Of a stretch of 64,000 bases of DNA, positions 38,889-48,931 are shown one piece after another. This stretch comes from Opitutia bacterium (lineage in GTDB: Bacteria; Verrucomicrobiota; Verrucomicrobiia; Opitutales; Opitutaceae): assembly GCA_947478395.1 (NCBI GenBank), contig CANJVR010000002.1, positions 640,001 to 704,000 of the forward strand, given 5' to 3'. The notes beneath the pieces are model-generated. The model saw only the letters and a list, made by a program, of their open reading frames with translations, was not told where the DNA came from and ran no database searches. Within the stretch, counting starts at the first letter, position 1; the number at the start of each line of letters is the position of its first letter. The position numbers and the translations under genes were made by a program.

Positions 38889-39365
38889 TCACAGCTTTAA
38901 AATCGTGACCTCGGCATCCGCCAGCAGCGGAGCGACCAGAGGGTCGTTCATGTAGTCCATGCGGTACTTGATTACCGCCATACCGGCGGCCGCCATAATT
39001 TTCGCGCAGTTGATGCATGGGTAGTGCGTGACGTAGGCCACACAGCCCTCCACGGAAATTCCGCGCCGCGCCGCATCCGCGATCGCGTTTTGCTCGGCGT
39101 GCACCGTCGCCTGCTCGTGGCCGTCCCGCAGCCGCGAAAGGTGGGGCGTGCCCGGCAGGAAACCGTTGTAGCCCGCGGCCACGAGGCGATTTTTACGCAC
39201 CCCACCGCTCACAATCACGCAGCCCACATGCAGCCGCTCACAATTCGAGCGGGTCGACATCAACACCGCGGTCGCCATGAAGTACTCATCCCAAGATGGG
39301 CGGCGCGGAAACTTTTCGGCCGCGAGGGCGATGAGGTCGACGGGCGGGAGTTCGGGAGTGCTCAT
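38889..39365 (-). CDS. dCMP deaminase (ComEB-like)
   Basis: RPSWDEYFM, GYNG, HAEQNAI, PCINC. Confidence 0.9.
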   Translation of the reverse strand: MSTPELPPVDLIALAAEKFPRRPSWDEYFMATAVLMSTRSNCERLHVGCVIVSGGVRKNRLVAAGYNGFLPGTPHLSRLRDGHEQATVHAEQNAIADAARRGISVEGCVAYVTHYPCINCAKIMAAAGMAVIKYRMDYMNDPLVAPLLADAEVTILKL

Positions 39366-39795
39366 ACGGGAAATCGAGCGCGCACGCTGCACTCGCGCCG
39401 AGCTCCCGGCAACCCTTGTCTCATCGAATTGTTCCCGCCGTCGGACAGCCCGGGGCGCCCAAGCTCAAAGCCGCTCGCGCGCAACGGGGAAAAAAGACGC
39501 CCACCCGAGAACGAACCGGATTTTCGCCCAAGGCTTAGCCGAAATTCGGCGGGCGCGCCATGCAGGCCCATCACGCTGAACCGGGCGACTTCATCGATGG
39601 TCGCTGCGACCCCCGACCACTTCGCCCTCGCGATCACCCTGTTGTTAAACACCTACTTTACCTTTCTGAACGCTTTGATCGCATTTCTATGGCGCTCATT
39701 TGCTCCGATCCCGATCTCGGATAACCTTTGCGCCTTCACCCTTCGGAACCGCTAACGGCTCCGCGTTCCGAATCCATTCTTACCCGCTCACGACG

Positions 39796-40440
39796 ATGAT
39801 CCGCACGCTCCAGCCGGAATTACTTGATTCCCTGCCGCCGCAGCACCCCGCCGCACTGCACAGTCGGCGCGACCTGCGAATCACCAATCGCGTGCTCGGC
39901 AATCCAGAATGGTTTGCGCGAACACTGACGCCGCTGCTTCAGGCCGGTGAGCGCGCCCTCGAAGTCGGAGCGGGTACGGGCGAACTGCTCGCTTACCTCG
40001 CCGCCCGCGGTCTCGTGGCCGACGGACTTGATCTCTGGCCCCGCCCCTCCGCCCTGCCCTTCAAACAAACCTGGCACAGCTCCGACGTGGTCACGTTTAC
40101 GGGGCTCGCCGAGTATCCGGTCGTTTTTGGCAGTTTGATTTTCCACCAATTTGGGTCCGACGATTTGGCCGCGCTCGGCGCGCGACTCGGCGCATCGGCT
40201 CGGGTCATCGTCGCGAGCGAACCGGCCCGCCGCCGGGTTTCCCAACTACTCTACCGCACGATCGGTCCGCTTCTCGGCGCCAACTATGTCACGTTACACG
40301 ACGCCCGCGTGAGCATTGCCGCCGGCTTTCTTCACGACGAACTGCCCCACGCCCTCCGCCTCGATCCCACCGCGTGGTCGTGGCAGTGCACGATCAGCTG
40401 GCTCGGGGCTTATCGCATGATCGCGATTCGTCGGACGTGA
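39796..40440 (+). CDS. SAM-dependent methyltransferase-domain protein of the type III PKS cluster
   Basis: PELLD...DLRITN, motif I LEVGAGTG, SLIFHQF, HDARVSIAAGF. Confidence 0.75.
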   Translation: MIRTLQPELLDSLPPQHPAALHSRRDLRITNRVLGNPEWFARTLTPLLQAGERALEVGAGTGELLAYLAARGLVADGLDLWPRPSALPFKQTWHSSDVVTFTGLAEYPVVFGSLIFHQFGSDDLAALGARLGASARVIVASEPARRRVSQLLYRTIGPLLGANYVTLHDARVSIAAGFLHDELPHALRLDPTAWSWQCTISWLGAYRMIAIRRT

Positions 40441-41465
40441 TTCCCGTGCGGCCCATCGAAATTGTCGGCGGCGGACTCTCCGGCCTCGCGCTGGGCCTCG
40501 CGCTGCGGCGTGAAGGCATCCCGGTCACGCTCCTTGAAGCCGGTCATTATCCGCGCCATCGCGTTTGCGGCGAATTCATCACGGGGCTAGGGCCAACGAC
40601 GATCGCGCGACTCGGCCTCGCGCCATTCTTCCAGGACGCGTTGCGTCACCGCGAAATCGCTTGGTTTCATCGGGAGAAAATCGCGCGCCTCCAACGTCTG
40701 CCGGCCGCCGCCCTCGGCCTGAGTCGTCACGCGCTCGACGCCCGACTGGCTGATGCCTTCGTCGCCGCCGGCGGCGATCTCCGCACCGGGACCCGCGCGA
40801 CCGATCTCGCACCGCGTGCCGGGCGCGTTCACGCCACCGGCCGTCAACGTGGTGACGCGTCCTGGATCGGCCTGAAGATCCACGTGCGCGGGCTCGCGGT
40901 TTCGCGTGATCTCGAGGTGCACCTCGGCGACCAAGCATACGTGGGTCTTGCTGCGATTGAGGATGGCGAAATCAATCTATGTGGCCTGTTCCGCCAACGC
41001 CGCATCTCGGCGACTGGGCCGGCACTCCTTTCTGCGTATCTGGTCGCAAGCGGATTGCCTGCAATGGCCGCGCGCTTCGCCGGGGCCGCCAGCGATGCCA
41101 CTTCCTTCTGCGCGGTGGCCGCGCTGAGTTTTTCCGCGCCGACCACGTCGCCGCCCGCAGATATAATTGCACTGGGCGACGCCCACGGTCTCATCCCGCC
41201 GTTCACCGGCCACGGCATGGCGCTGGCATTTCAAAGCGCCGAGACCGCGCTCGATCCGCTGCTCGCTTACGCCCGCGGCCAGGGGGAATGGTCCGCGACG
41301 TGCCGCCGCGCCACCGAGGCGATGCACCGTCGGTTCCGGCGCCGCTTCGCCGCAGCCGGTGCGCTTCATCCTTTTTTCCTGCAGCCGCGGCGCCAACGCT
41401 GGCTCGCCGGGCTGGCTCGCGCCCACTGCCTACCGCTCCGTCCCCTATATTCGCTGCTCCACTGA
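40437..41465 (+). CDS. FAD-dependent oxidoreductase/monooxygenase
   Basis: IVGGGLSG, RHRVCGEF, ATGR, LGDA...PFTGHGM; GTGA overlap with the methyltransferase gene. Confidence 0.85.
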   Translation: MIPVRPIEIVGGGLSGLALGLALRREGIPVTLLEAGHYPRHRVCGEFITGLGPTTIARLGLAPFFQDALRHREIAWFHREKIARLQRLPAAALGLSRHALDARLADAFVAAGGDLRTGTRATDLAPRAGRVHATGRQRGDASWIGLKIHVRGLAVSRDLEVHLGDQAYVGLAAIEDGEINLCGLFRQRRISATGPALLSAYLVASGLPAMAARFAGAASDATSFCAVAALSFSAPTTSPPADIIALGDAHGLIPPFTGHGMALAFQSAETALDPLLAYARGQGEWSATCRRATEAMHRRFRRRFAAAGALHPFFLQPRRQRWLAGLARAHCLPLRPLYSLLH

Positions 41466-41548
41466 TACGATGGGCTGCAACCGAAACGGCCTCTCCCCAT
41501 CGAACGCTGCGTTCTCCATCACGATCATCGCGCCTTCTGCTTCCTTTT

Positions 41549-42589
41549 ATGTTTCTCCACGCCCTCGCCACCGCCGTTCCACCGGCGAAGTTCGCCCAAC
41601 CGGATTGCTGGTCCATCATCGAGCGCTCCGACGCGCGTGTGCGGCTGCATAAACGCACGCGGCTGATTCTGCACAGCATTCTGCGCGGTGACCATGGCAT
41701 CGCGACGCGGCATTTTGCCGCGCCCGAAATCGAGAAGATTTTCGACCGCACGTCGGACGAGTTGAACGCCATCTTTCGCACCGAGGGCCCGGCGCTCGCG
41801 AGCCGCGCGCTCACCGCGGCCCTTGCGCAGGCCGGGATCAAGGTCACCGATCTCGATGCGCTCCTGATCTGCACCTGCACCGGTTACCTGTGCCCGGGCC
41901 TGACAAGCTACGTGGCGGAAACGCTCGGTTTGCGGACCGATGCTTTTCTGCAGGATCTTGTTGGCCTCGGCTGCGGTGCCGCCATTCCCACGCTGCGCGC
42001 CGCGAGCCACGTGCTCGCCGCCAATCCGAACGCCACGGTCGCGTGCATCGCGGTGGAAATCTGCTCGGCGGCATTTTACCTCGATGACGATCCCGGCGTG
42101 ATCATCAGCGCGTGTCTTTTCAGCGACGGGGCGGCCGCTTCCATTTGGCGTAATACGCCCGGACCAACGGGGTTGCGCGCGTTTGGATTTCAAACGCTCC
42201 ACCGCCCCGCTGACCGGGACAAACTGCGTTTCGAACAACGCGACGGAAAACTCCGCAATCTGCTCGACCGAGCCGTCCCCGAACTCGCGGCCGCCGCCGT
42301 CAGCGAACTCTGGTCAGCGCGAGGACCGCGCCCCGTCGCTCGCGTCGTCGCCCACCCGGGTGGACGCGATGTACTCGACGCCCTCGCGCCCGTGATCGCC
42401 CCGCTGCAGCTCGACGCCAGCGCCAAAGTCCTGCGCGATTTCGGCAACATGAGCAGCCCCTCGGTGCTGTTCGCCCTACAACAAACGCTCAAAGAAGAAA
42501 TGCCGTCCGCAACGACCGGCGATTTCTGGCTCGTGAGTTTTGGGGCCGGATTCAGCGCGCATGCGTGCCGTCTCGGCTTGGGCGCATAG
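41549..42589 (+). CDS. Type III polyketide synthase
   Basis: Catalytic triad GLGC(Cys)GAA, AH(His)PGG, GN(Asn)MSS; EICS, LFSDGA, SFGAG. Confidence 0.92.
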   Translation: MFLHALATAVPPAKFAQPDCWSIIERSDARVRLHKRTRLILHSILRGDHGIATRHFAAPEIEKIFDRTSDELNAIFRTEGPALASRALTAALAQAGIKVTDLDALLICTCTGYLCPGLTSYVAETLGLRTDAFLQDLVGLGCGAAIPTLRAASHVLAANPNATVACIAVEICSAAFYLDDDPGVIISACLFSDGAAASIWRNTPGPTGLRAFGFQTLHRPADRDKLRFEQRDGKLRNLLDRAVPELAAAAVSELWSARGPRPVARVVAHPGGRDVLDALAPVIAPLQLDASAKVLRDFGNMSSPSVLFALQQTLKEEMPSATTGDFWLVSFGAGFSAHACRLGLGA

Positions 42590-42799
42590 CCCGGCGAGGT
42601 GGGGCCCCTCGCTGGCGCGCGCCAGAGCAATCAAGAGCGGACGGCCCAGGCATTCAAAAACCATCGCGGCCGCCCCAGCGTCCTTCGGTCAACGCCACCC
42701 TTACGGCTAAGATGGAATCGGGCTGGTGATCGCAGCCCTGATCGTACTCGATTAATTTCCGTTCGATCCCGCACAGAAATAACGACCACGAGCCCTCCC

Positions 42800-43558
42800 A
42801 TGCCGACTGTCACCCTCACCGACCTCGTCGCGTACTGCGACCAACGTACGCGTCGCACAGCCTACAAGGACGCACCGGGTGCTTTTAACGGTCTCCAGTT
42901 CGCGAACTCCGGCCGCGTCACAAAAATCGGCGCCGCCGTCGACGCGGGCCTTGTCCCATTTCAAAAAGCCGTCGCGGCGGGCGTAGATTTCCTGATCGTG
43001 CACCACGGCATGTACTGGGACATGCCTCGGCCCATCACGGGGCCGGTCTATGACCGTGTGACGACCTTGGTCGGCGGCAACTGCGCGCTCTACTCGAATC
43101 ATCTTCCACTCGATGGCCATCCCGAGATCGGCAACAATGCGCGGCTAGCCCAGCAACTCGGGCTCAAAGCGACCCGCCCGTTTATGATCCGCGACGGCGA
43201 GGCGATCGGCCGCATCGCTCCAGCAAAAATAAAACGCTCCGCGCTCCGCGCGAAACTCGAAGGTCTCTACACGCGCGTGATCGCCCTCGAATACGGCTCG
43301 ACTGCGCCGCCGGCCATCGCGTTCTGCAGCGGCAGTGGCAACGGTGCCATCCCCGAACTCGCCGCCGCCGGCGTCGATACGCTCGTGACCGGCGAACTCC
43401 GCGAGGAATGGTTCAACGTCGCCCAGGAGCAACGGCTCAACCTCTATCTCTGTGGTCACTACGCCACTGAAGTTCACGGCGTGAAAGCCCTCGCGGCCGA
43501 ACTCGCGAAAAAATTTCAACTGCCTTGGGAATTTATCGCCACGGAAAATCCGCTTTGA
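42800..43558 (+). CDS. Nif3/YbgI-like dinuclear metal-binding hexameric protein
   Basis: NGLQ, AVD, VHHG, HLPLDGH...GNN, GHYATE. Confidence 0.9.
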   Translation: MPTVTLTDLVAYCDQRTRRTAYKDAPGAFNGLQFANSGRVTKIGAAVDAGLVPFQKAVAAGVDFLIVHHGMYWDMPRPITGPVYDRVTTLVGGNCALYSNHLPLDGHPEIGNNARLAQQLGLKATRPFMIRDGEAIGRIAPAKIKRSALRAKLEGLYTRVIALEYGSTAPPAIAFCSGSGNGAIPELAAAGVDTLVTGELREEWFNVAQEQRLNLYLCGHYATEVHGVKALAAELAKKFQLPWEFIATENPL

Positions 43559-43639
43559 GTTCTGCTACCGCGCCGCCATGAGTACGCGGCGGACTTCTTC
43601 CTATTCCCCTTCGGAACGCCGAACCAAATTACATTTCGG

Positions 43640-44074
43640 ATGAAAAAAATCGCCGTCCTTCACGGCCCCAATCTCAACCGTCTGGGCCAACGCGAGCCCG
43701 CGATCTACGGCCACGCCACCCTCAAGGATCTCGAGCAGTTGATCCGCGATGAAGGGCGAAAGCTCGGCGTGAGCGTGTCGTTCTTCCAATCCAATCACGA
43801 GGGAGCGCTCATCGACAAAATCCACGCGCTCGCCGATCGCGGTACCGCAGGGTTCATCGTGAACTTCGGCGCCTATTCGCACACGAGTATCGCGCTGCAT
43901 GACGCGTTGAAGAGCGTCAGCCTGCCGGCGATCGAGGTGCACATTTCAGATATCAAGCAGCGCGAAAAATTCCGCCGGACCTCGATGACCGCCGGCGCGT
44001 GCGTGGCGATGATCAGCGGCCAGGGGTTTCCAGGGTATCTGGTCGCGCTCCGCCAACTTGTCGGCCAAGTCTGA
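43640..44074 (+). CDS. aroQ: Type II 3-dehydroquinate dehydratase
   Basis: HGPNLNRLGQREPAIYG, QSNHEG, HTSIAL, EVHIS. Confidence 0.95.
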   Translation: MKKIAVLHGPNLNRLGQREPAIYGHATLKDLEQLIRDEGRKLGVSVSFFQSNHEGALIDKIHALADRGTAGFIVNFGAYSHTSIALHDALKSVSLPAIEVHISDIKQREKFRRTSMTAGACVAMISGQGFPGYLVALRQLVGQV

Positions 44075-44399
44075 CGCCTTGGAATACATTCCAAAAACCT
44101 CAAATCCGAATTTGCGAATGGCGGAACGCGTGCGGGTTTCGGAGGAGGCGCCCGAAAGCCCACTTTCTTTAAGGCCAACCGCTGTATGGCGCCACCTTCG
44201 TCGAATCCTGGCGTTCGGCCATGGTTCGTCGGCCACACCCGCCCCCGGTGTGAGAAAAATTGCCACCCTTCCGGCCGCCGCGGATTTTATGGCGCCTCAA
44301 ACTCCTACGGCCTCGTGCTATCCGCGGACGTGCCTAGACAAGGCTTGCTCGTCGAACTGACCGTCGAACCACTCACGCTCTACGCTGACCAACTTTTTG

Positions 44400-45311
44400 A
44401 TGCGCTCCTACCCCCTGATCCGCTTCAAATCAATTGCTGCGCTTATCGTTTTGATCGGCGTTCTGAGTTCGGCTCCGCGCGCGCACGCCGAGGTTTCGTC
44501 GCCCGGAGATCCCTCAACGTGGTGGGACCTTACCGACTTTCTCGACCAGCTCCCGGACCTCCGGCGGTTCGATATGCCCCAATTTCACGACGAGCGGGTC
44601 CGAATCTCTGTCCGTCCGCATTTTGGCGACATCGTTCGTCGCGACTACCTACGCCTGCCAGTCAGCGTGCGGGTCCAGCCCGATGAGCAGCTGGAACTCA
44701 TCTCCGAACTCGAAGGCTATTTCACACACGGACTGCGCGATGCCACGGGCTATGGCCTCTCGCGACTGCGACTAGGCGCAAAACGAGAACAGACACTCGA
44801 TGAAAATCACCCGTTGGCGTGGAGCTACGGCGTCGACTTCTACACTCCCCTCAGCCGGCCCCCGCGCGAACTAAGCGATGGCTTCCGCCACACCACGCCC
44901 TACGTCGCAATCACGCGGCAGGTGGTCCCGAGGTTGAAACTCATCGGTTTTGCGTCAGTCGGTGCGGATCTGATCGACCACACCCAACTCACCCCAAATT
45001 TCGGGCGCAACCAACTGCACGGTAACTCGACCTCCGCAGCCGCCGGCGTCACCCGCCAATGGGGGCGATTCCGGACCGCGTTGACCACGACGTGGTCGAC
45101 GACCGCGCTCATCGGGGACGAGAACCGCCACGTCTATGCGATCCGTCCCGACATCCTGATTCCTCTGAATATTCGAGAAGGTCATCATACCCGACTGCTG
45201 CTCACTTTGGGCACACGTGCGATCTGGGGGCCGGACGGCTTTGAGTCCGGCATCAGCAGCAGTGTGCGAGTGGAGTTCAGCGCCTACGCCTCACCAAAAA
45301 AAGGCAACTGA
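44400..45311 (+). CDS. Exported hypothetical protein, probable outer-membrane beta-barrel
   Basis: Signal peptide ending AHA; many alternating hydrophobic/polar strands; terminal strand SSSVRVEF. Confidence 0.55.
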   Translation: MRSYPLIRFKSIAALIVLIGVLSSAPRAHAEVSSPGDPSTWWDLTDFLDQLPDLRRFDMPQFHDERVRISVRPHFGDIVRRDYLRLPVSVRVQPDEQLELISELEGYFTHGLRDATGYGLSRLRLGAKREQTLDENHPLAWSYGVDFYTPLSRPPRELSDGFRHTTPYVAITRQVVPRLKLIGFASVGADLIDHTQLTPNFGRNQLHGNSTSAAAGVTRQWGRFRTALTTTWSTTALIGDENRHVYAIRPDILIPLNIREGHHTRLLLTLGTRAIWGPDGFESGISSSVRVEFSAYASPKKGN

Positions 45312-45346
45312 CTCGCGCCGGACGAAGCTGCACCCAGCGGTCGCGA

Positions 45347-45859
45347 TCAGTGAAGGGACCACAGCCAGACACCCGCATGCAGACTCGCGCAGGCCGCGAG
45401 CGCGGCGGCCAGGTCATCCCCGACCACGCCCCAGCCACCGGGTAGATTTTGGAGCCGGGCAATACCCAGCGGTTTTAGAATATCGAAAAAACGAAACAGC
45501 GCGAAACCGGCTAGGGCCAATCCCCACACCGGCACGGTCGCGATGAGCGCCGGCCATCCGATGAAGCAAAGGGGCATCGCCACAAACTCATCCAGAATCA
45601 CTTCACCTGGATCTTTTTTTCCGAGTCGCACTTCGGCTTCACCGCACAATCCGACGGCCAGATACGCCGCGGCGAGACCGACGGCGAGCGCCCAGCCGCC
45701 ATCGAGCCATCGAAAAATTCCCGCGCAATAGACCAAACCCACGAGCGAACCCCACGTGCCCGGTGCCGGTAACTTTACTCCGATCGGGCCGAGCGTCGCA
45801 CATCCCACCACCAAAGCCATCGGCAGCGATCGAGGCCAACTCGGTCGGACGAAGCTCAT
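45347..45859 (-). CDS. pgpA: Phosphatidylglycerophosphatase A
   Basis: APGTWGS, DPGEVILDE, FRFFDILKP, GWGVVGDD. Confidence 0.92.
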   Translation of the reverse strand: MSFVRPSWPRSLPMALVVGCATLGPIGVKLPAPGTWGSLVGLVYCAGIFRWLDGGWALAVGLAAAYLAVGLCGEAEVRLGKKDPGEVILDEFVAMPLCFIGWPALIATVPVWGLALAGFALFRFFDILKPLGIARLQNLPGGWGVVGDDLAAALAACASLHAGVWLWSLH

Positions 45860-46464
45860 GGCCGTCCGTCGAGCAACACATGCCGATGCCGTCTGAAATA
45901 GGCCGAGCCCGACGTCACCGTCAGGATGGCGGACAGGACGAAGAGGGCCAGCCCCAGCCCTTGCACCGCCGTGACCTGCCAGTGCTCGGCCCCGCGGAAT
46001 AATTCGCCAAAGTCCTTTTCCAGCATTCGAGCGCCGAGCATCCAGCCGATGGCATTGAGTTGGATAAACGTTTTCAGTTTTCCGCTCGCGTCGGCTTCGA
46101 CGATGACGCCTTTCGACGCCGCGACCATCCGCAGCCCCGAAATCATGAATTCCCGCCCTAGAATGCACAGCAGAAGCATCGTGCCTGCGATCTTGTGGCC
46201 CATGAAGTAGTCCTCGCCCGCGACGAATGCGATCATGATGCCGAGCACCATAACCTTGTCGATGACCGCATCCATGAAACGCCCGAACGTCGTGACCTGC
46301 CCGCTTTCACGCGCGAGTTTTCCGTCGAGCCAGTCCGTGAGCGCCGCGGCCACAAACAGCCAGAACGCGCTCGTCGCCGCCCACTGAAAATCCGAATTCA
46401 TGAGGGCGACGATGGCAAACATCGCGGGCAAACGGGAAAACGTCAGAATGTTAGGCAGGGTCAT
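45856..46464 (-). CDS. pgsA: CDP-diacylglycerol--glycerol-3-phosphate 3-phosphatidyltransferase
   Basis: PNILTFSR, DWLDGKLAR...GRFMDAVIDK, RE...GLR, GKLKT; overlaps pgpA by 4 nt. Confidence 0.9.
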   Translation of the reverse strand: MTLPNILTFSRLPAMFAIVALMNSDFQWAATSAFWLFVAAALTDWLDGKLARESGQVTTFGRFMDAVIDKVMVLGIMIAFVAGEDYFMGHKIAGTMLLLCILGREFMISGLRMVAASKGVIVEADASGKLKTFIQLNAIGWMLGARMLEKDFGELFRGAEHWQVTAVQGLGLALFVLSAILTVTSGSAYFRRHRHVLLDGRP

Positions 46465-46739
46465 TCGAGGGGCAGAACGGGACAAACGCATGCAGCCGAG
46501 CCGAAATCAAGTGCGGAGCCAATCATACCCGTGACGCTCGCATGAAAATTCGCGCCGAGCCTTGCCGGAAGATGGAGCCTTGGCGGCCGGCTGGACTGGC
46601 CGGGAAATGGCGCCCCGATAAAATTTTCCTCCCCCTTTGAAAGCGCACCGGGCGGCCCGCCCGCGCCGCCTCATCCCAACTCGGGTGCTGAAAACGTCAT
46701 CGCCAATCCTCTTCTGCTCGTTTTCTTTGGCACCCCGTC

Positions 46740-47219
46740 ATGCGTCACTGCATCTATCCCGGGACTTTTGATCCCATCACCCACGGACATCTCGATGTGC
46801 TCGCGCGCGCCGCGAAGTTATTCGATCGCGTGACGGTGGCCGTCGCGCTCAACACGGGCAAAGGCCCGCTGTTTACCGCCGAAGAGCGGCTCGCGATGTT
46901 GCAGCCGAACTTGGCTGCGATGCCCAACGTCACGGCGACGATCTTCGGCGGATTGCTCGTGGACTTCGCGCTCGAGCAAAAAGCCGATGCGATCATCCGC
47001 GGCCTGCGCGCCCTCTCCGACTTTGAATTTGAATTCAACATGGCACTGATGAACCGGCACCTCCAGCCCAAGATCGAAACCATCTTTGTGATGCCCAACG
47101 AACAATTCAGTTACACCAGTTCCACCCTCGTGAAACAGGTCGCAAAATTCGGCGGCGACATCGCTCATTTCGTTCCGGCCAACGTCGCGGCCGAATTAAA
47201 GAGGGCCTACCGTCGGTAG
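46740..47219 (+). CDS. coaD: Pantetheine-phosphate adenylyltransferase
   Basis: YPGTFDPITHGH, RGLR, DFEFE, SSTLVK. Confidence 0.96.
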   Translation: MRHCIYPGTFDPITHGHLDVLARAAKLFDRVTVAVALNTGKGPLFTAEERLAMLQPNLAAMPNVTATIFGGLLVDFALEQKADAIIRGLRALSDFEFEFNMALMNRHLQPKIETIFVMPNEQFSYTSSTLVKQVAKFGGDIAHFVPANVAAELKRAYRR

Positions 47220-47425
47220 CCCACCCGCCGCGCCGCCCGCGAAAGTCCCGAAGCGATTCGCGTCCCGGGCGGTGCAAACAATGCCCTAAAGATTTTTACG
47301 TCACCTTTTAATTAACCCTTCGTCTTGGCTCCCGTTGCCAGCTATCGGGGAATAGCCTAAAAAACTCTACCCGCATCGGCTGCAACACGTTTCAACTCCA
47401 CAATTTCTCCTCACTCAACTTCGTC

Positions 47426-48898
47426 ATGGCCAAATCAAAAAGCTACGGTGGTATCATTTTTATCATAATCGTCATCCTCGCTGCCGCGGGCGGCACCGGA
47501 TACTATTTCTTCGGACGGCCCGAAAAACAGCCGGAGTATTCGACCGTTAAAGTGAGCAAGGGAAACATAGTGCAAAGCATTAGCGCCACCGGCGCACTTC
47601 AGACGACCTCCCAGGTCACCATCAGCAGCCAGGTATCCGGCAACGTCGTCGAAATTGGCGCCGACTTTAACGATAAGGTCAAAAAGAACCAGATGCTCCT
47701 GAAGATCGACCCGACCACCTACGAGCAACGCCTAAAGCAGGCCGATGCTGATCTCGTGGCCGCCAAAGCGAATACGACTAAAATCCGTGAAGACACCACC
47801 CGCACGAAGGGCCTATTCGACGCCAAGCTCGTCGCCAAAGCCGACTACGACGCCGCGATCGCCCAGCTCGCCCAATCTGAATCTACCCTCGTGAGCCGCG
47901 AAGCCGCCGCCGAAAACGCCCGCACCGATCTCAAGCGCTGCACCATCTACTCCCCGATCGACGGCGTCGTGCTCAACCGCACCACCGACGTCGGCGGCAC
48001 CGTCAACGTCAACCAGTCCGCTGTCGCTCTTTTCACGATCATCAACGATCTCTCGAAATTGCAGATCAGCGCCGACGTTTCCGAAGCGGACATCGGCAGT
48101 GTCAAGGAAGGCCAGAACGTCCGTTTCGCGGTCGACGCTTATCTCAATCAACCATTCCGGGGCACCGTCACGCAGGTCCGCAATTTCGCCAAGAATTCGA
48201 GCGGTGTCGTAACGTTCTCGGTCATCATCGACGTCGATAATTCCGACCTCCGCCTGAAACCAGGCATGACCGCTACCGCCAACATCACCATCGCCGAACG
48301 CGCCGACGTCCTCATGGTCACCAACAACGCCCTTCGCGTCCGGATCCCGTCCGAACTTCAGGCGAAAATGACCAAAGCCACCGCCGGCCCAGTGGCTCCA
48401 GCCTCTCCCGCCGCGACGGCACCCGTCGCGCCCAAGGAAGATCCCGCCGCCGCCCTCGCGGCCATGGCTCAGGATCCCACTGCCGAAGGTCGTCGCGGCA
48501 ATCGCGGTCAAGGCGGCGCCGCCGGTCCCGGCGGCCGTGGTCAGGGCGGCGGCGGCGGCGGCGGCCGGCGCAACGGTGGCACAGGTGTCACCAGCGGTGT
48601 CGGCATGAATATCAGCAACGCCCCTCGCACACTCTACAAACTAGTTACGGATGCCGCGGGCAAAACCTTACCCCAACCCGTCATGGTCCGCCTCGGTATT
48701 TCCGACGGAAGCAGCACTGAAATCGTCGATGGCCTCGTCGATGGCGACACCCTCATCACTTACGTCGCGATGCCCGGCGCCGCCGCGGCGATCAGCGGTC
48801 CAGCGGCTCAGACGTCCAACCCATTCCAGCAAGGCGGCGGTCAGCGCGGCGGTGGTGGTGGCGGTGGTGGTGGTTACGGCGGTCGCGGTGGCTTCTAA
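47426..48898 (+). CDS. MacA-like periplasmic adaptor (membrane fusion protein) with Gly/Arg-rich insertions
   Basis: N-terminal TM, SSQVSG, SPIDGVV, EADIG, LKPGMTA, EIVDGL. Confidence 0.9.
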   Translation: MAKSKSYGGIIFIIIVILAAAGGTGYYFFGRPEKQPEYSTVKVSKGNIVQSISATGALQTTSQVTISSQVSGNVVEIGADFNDKVKKNQMLLKIDPTTYEQRLKQADADLVAAKANTTKIREDTTRTKGLFDAKLVAKADYDAAIAQLAQSESTLVSREAAAENARTDLKRCTIYSPIDGVVLNRTTDVGGTVNVNQSAVALFTIINDLSKLQISADVSEADIGSVKEGQNVRFAVDAYLNQPFRGTVTQVRNFAKNSSGVVTFSVIIDVDNSDLRLKPGMTATANITIAERADVLMVTNNALRVRIPSELQAKMTKATAGPVAPASPAATAPVAPKEDPAAALAAMAQDPTAEGRRGNRGQGGAAGPGGRGQGGGGGGGRRNGGTGVTSGVGMNISNAPRTLYKLVTDAAGKTLPQPVMVRLGISDGSSTEIVDGLVDGDTLITYVAMPGAAAAISGPAAQTSNPFQQGGGQRGGGGGGGGGYGGRGGF

Positions 48899-48931
48899 TC
48901 GCAGTCGAGCAATTCAACGTTACCTTAATTC

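Noticed and set aside
44130..44170. Hairpin with T-run after aroQ, considered as tRNA fragment or terminator
   Set aside because: No tRNA cloverleaf. The bulged stem and large loop make a terminator call too weak to list.
38227..44179. Identical 14-mer TCTTTAAGGCCAAC in two intergenic regions (near 38228 and 44166) as att sites
   Set aside because: The enclosed genes are mostly housekeeping, with no integrase or compositional shift; more likely chance or a repeat remnant.
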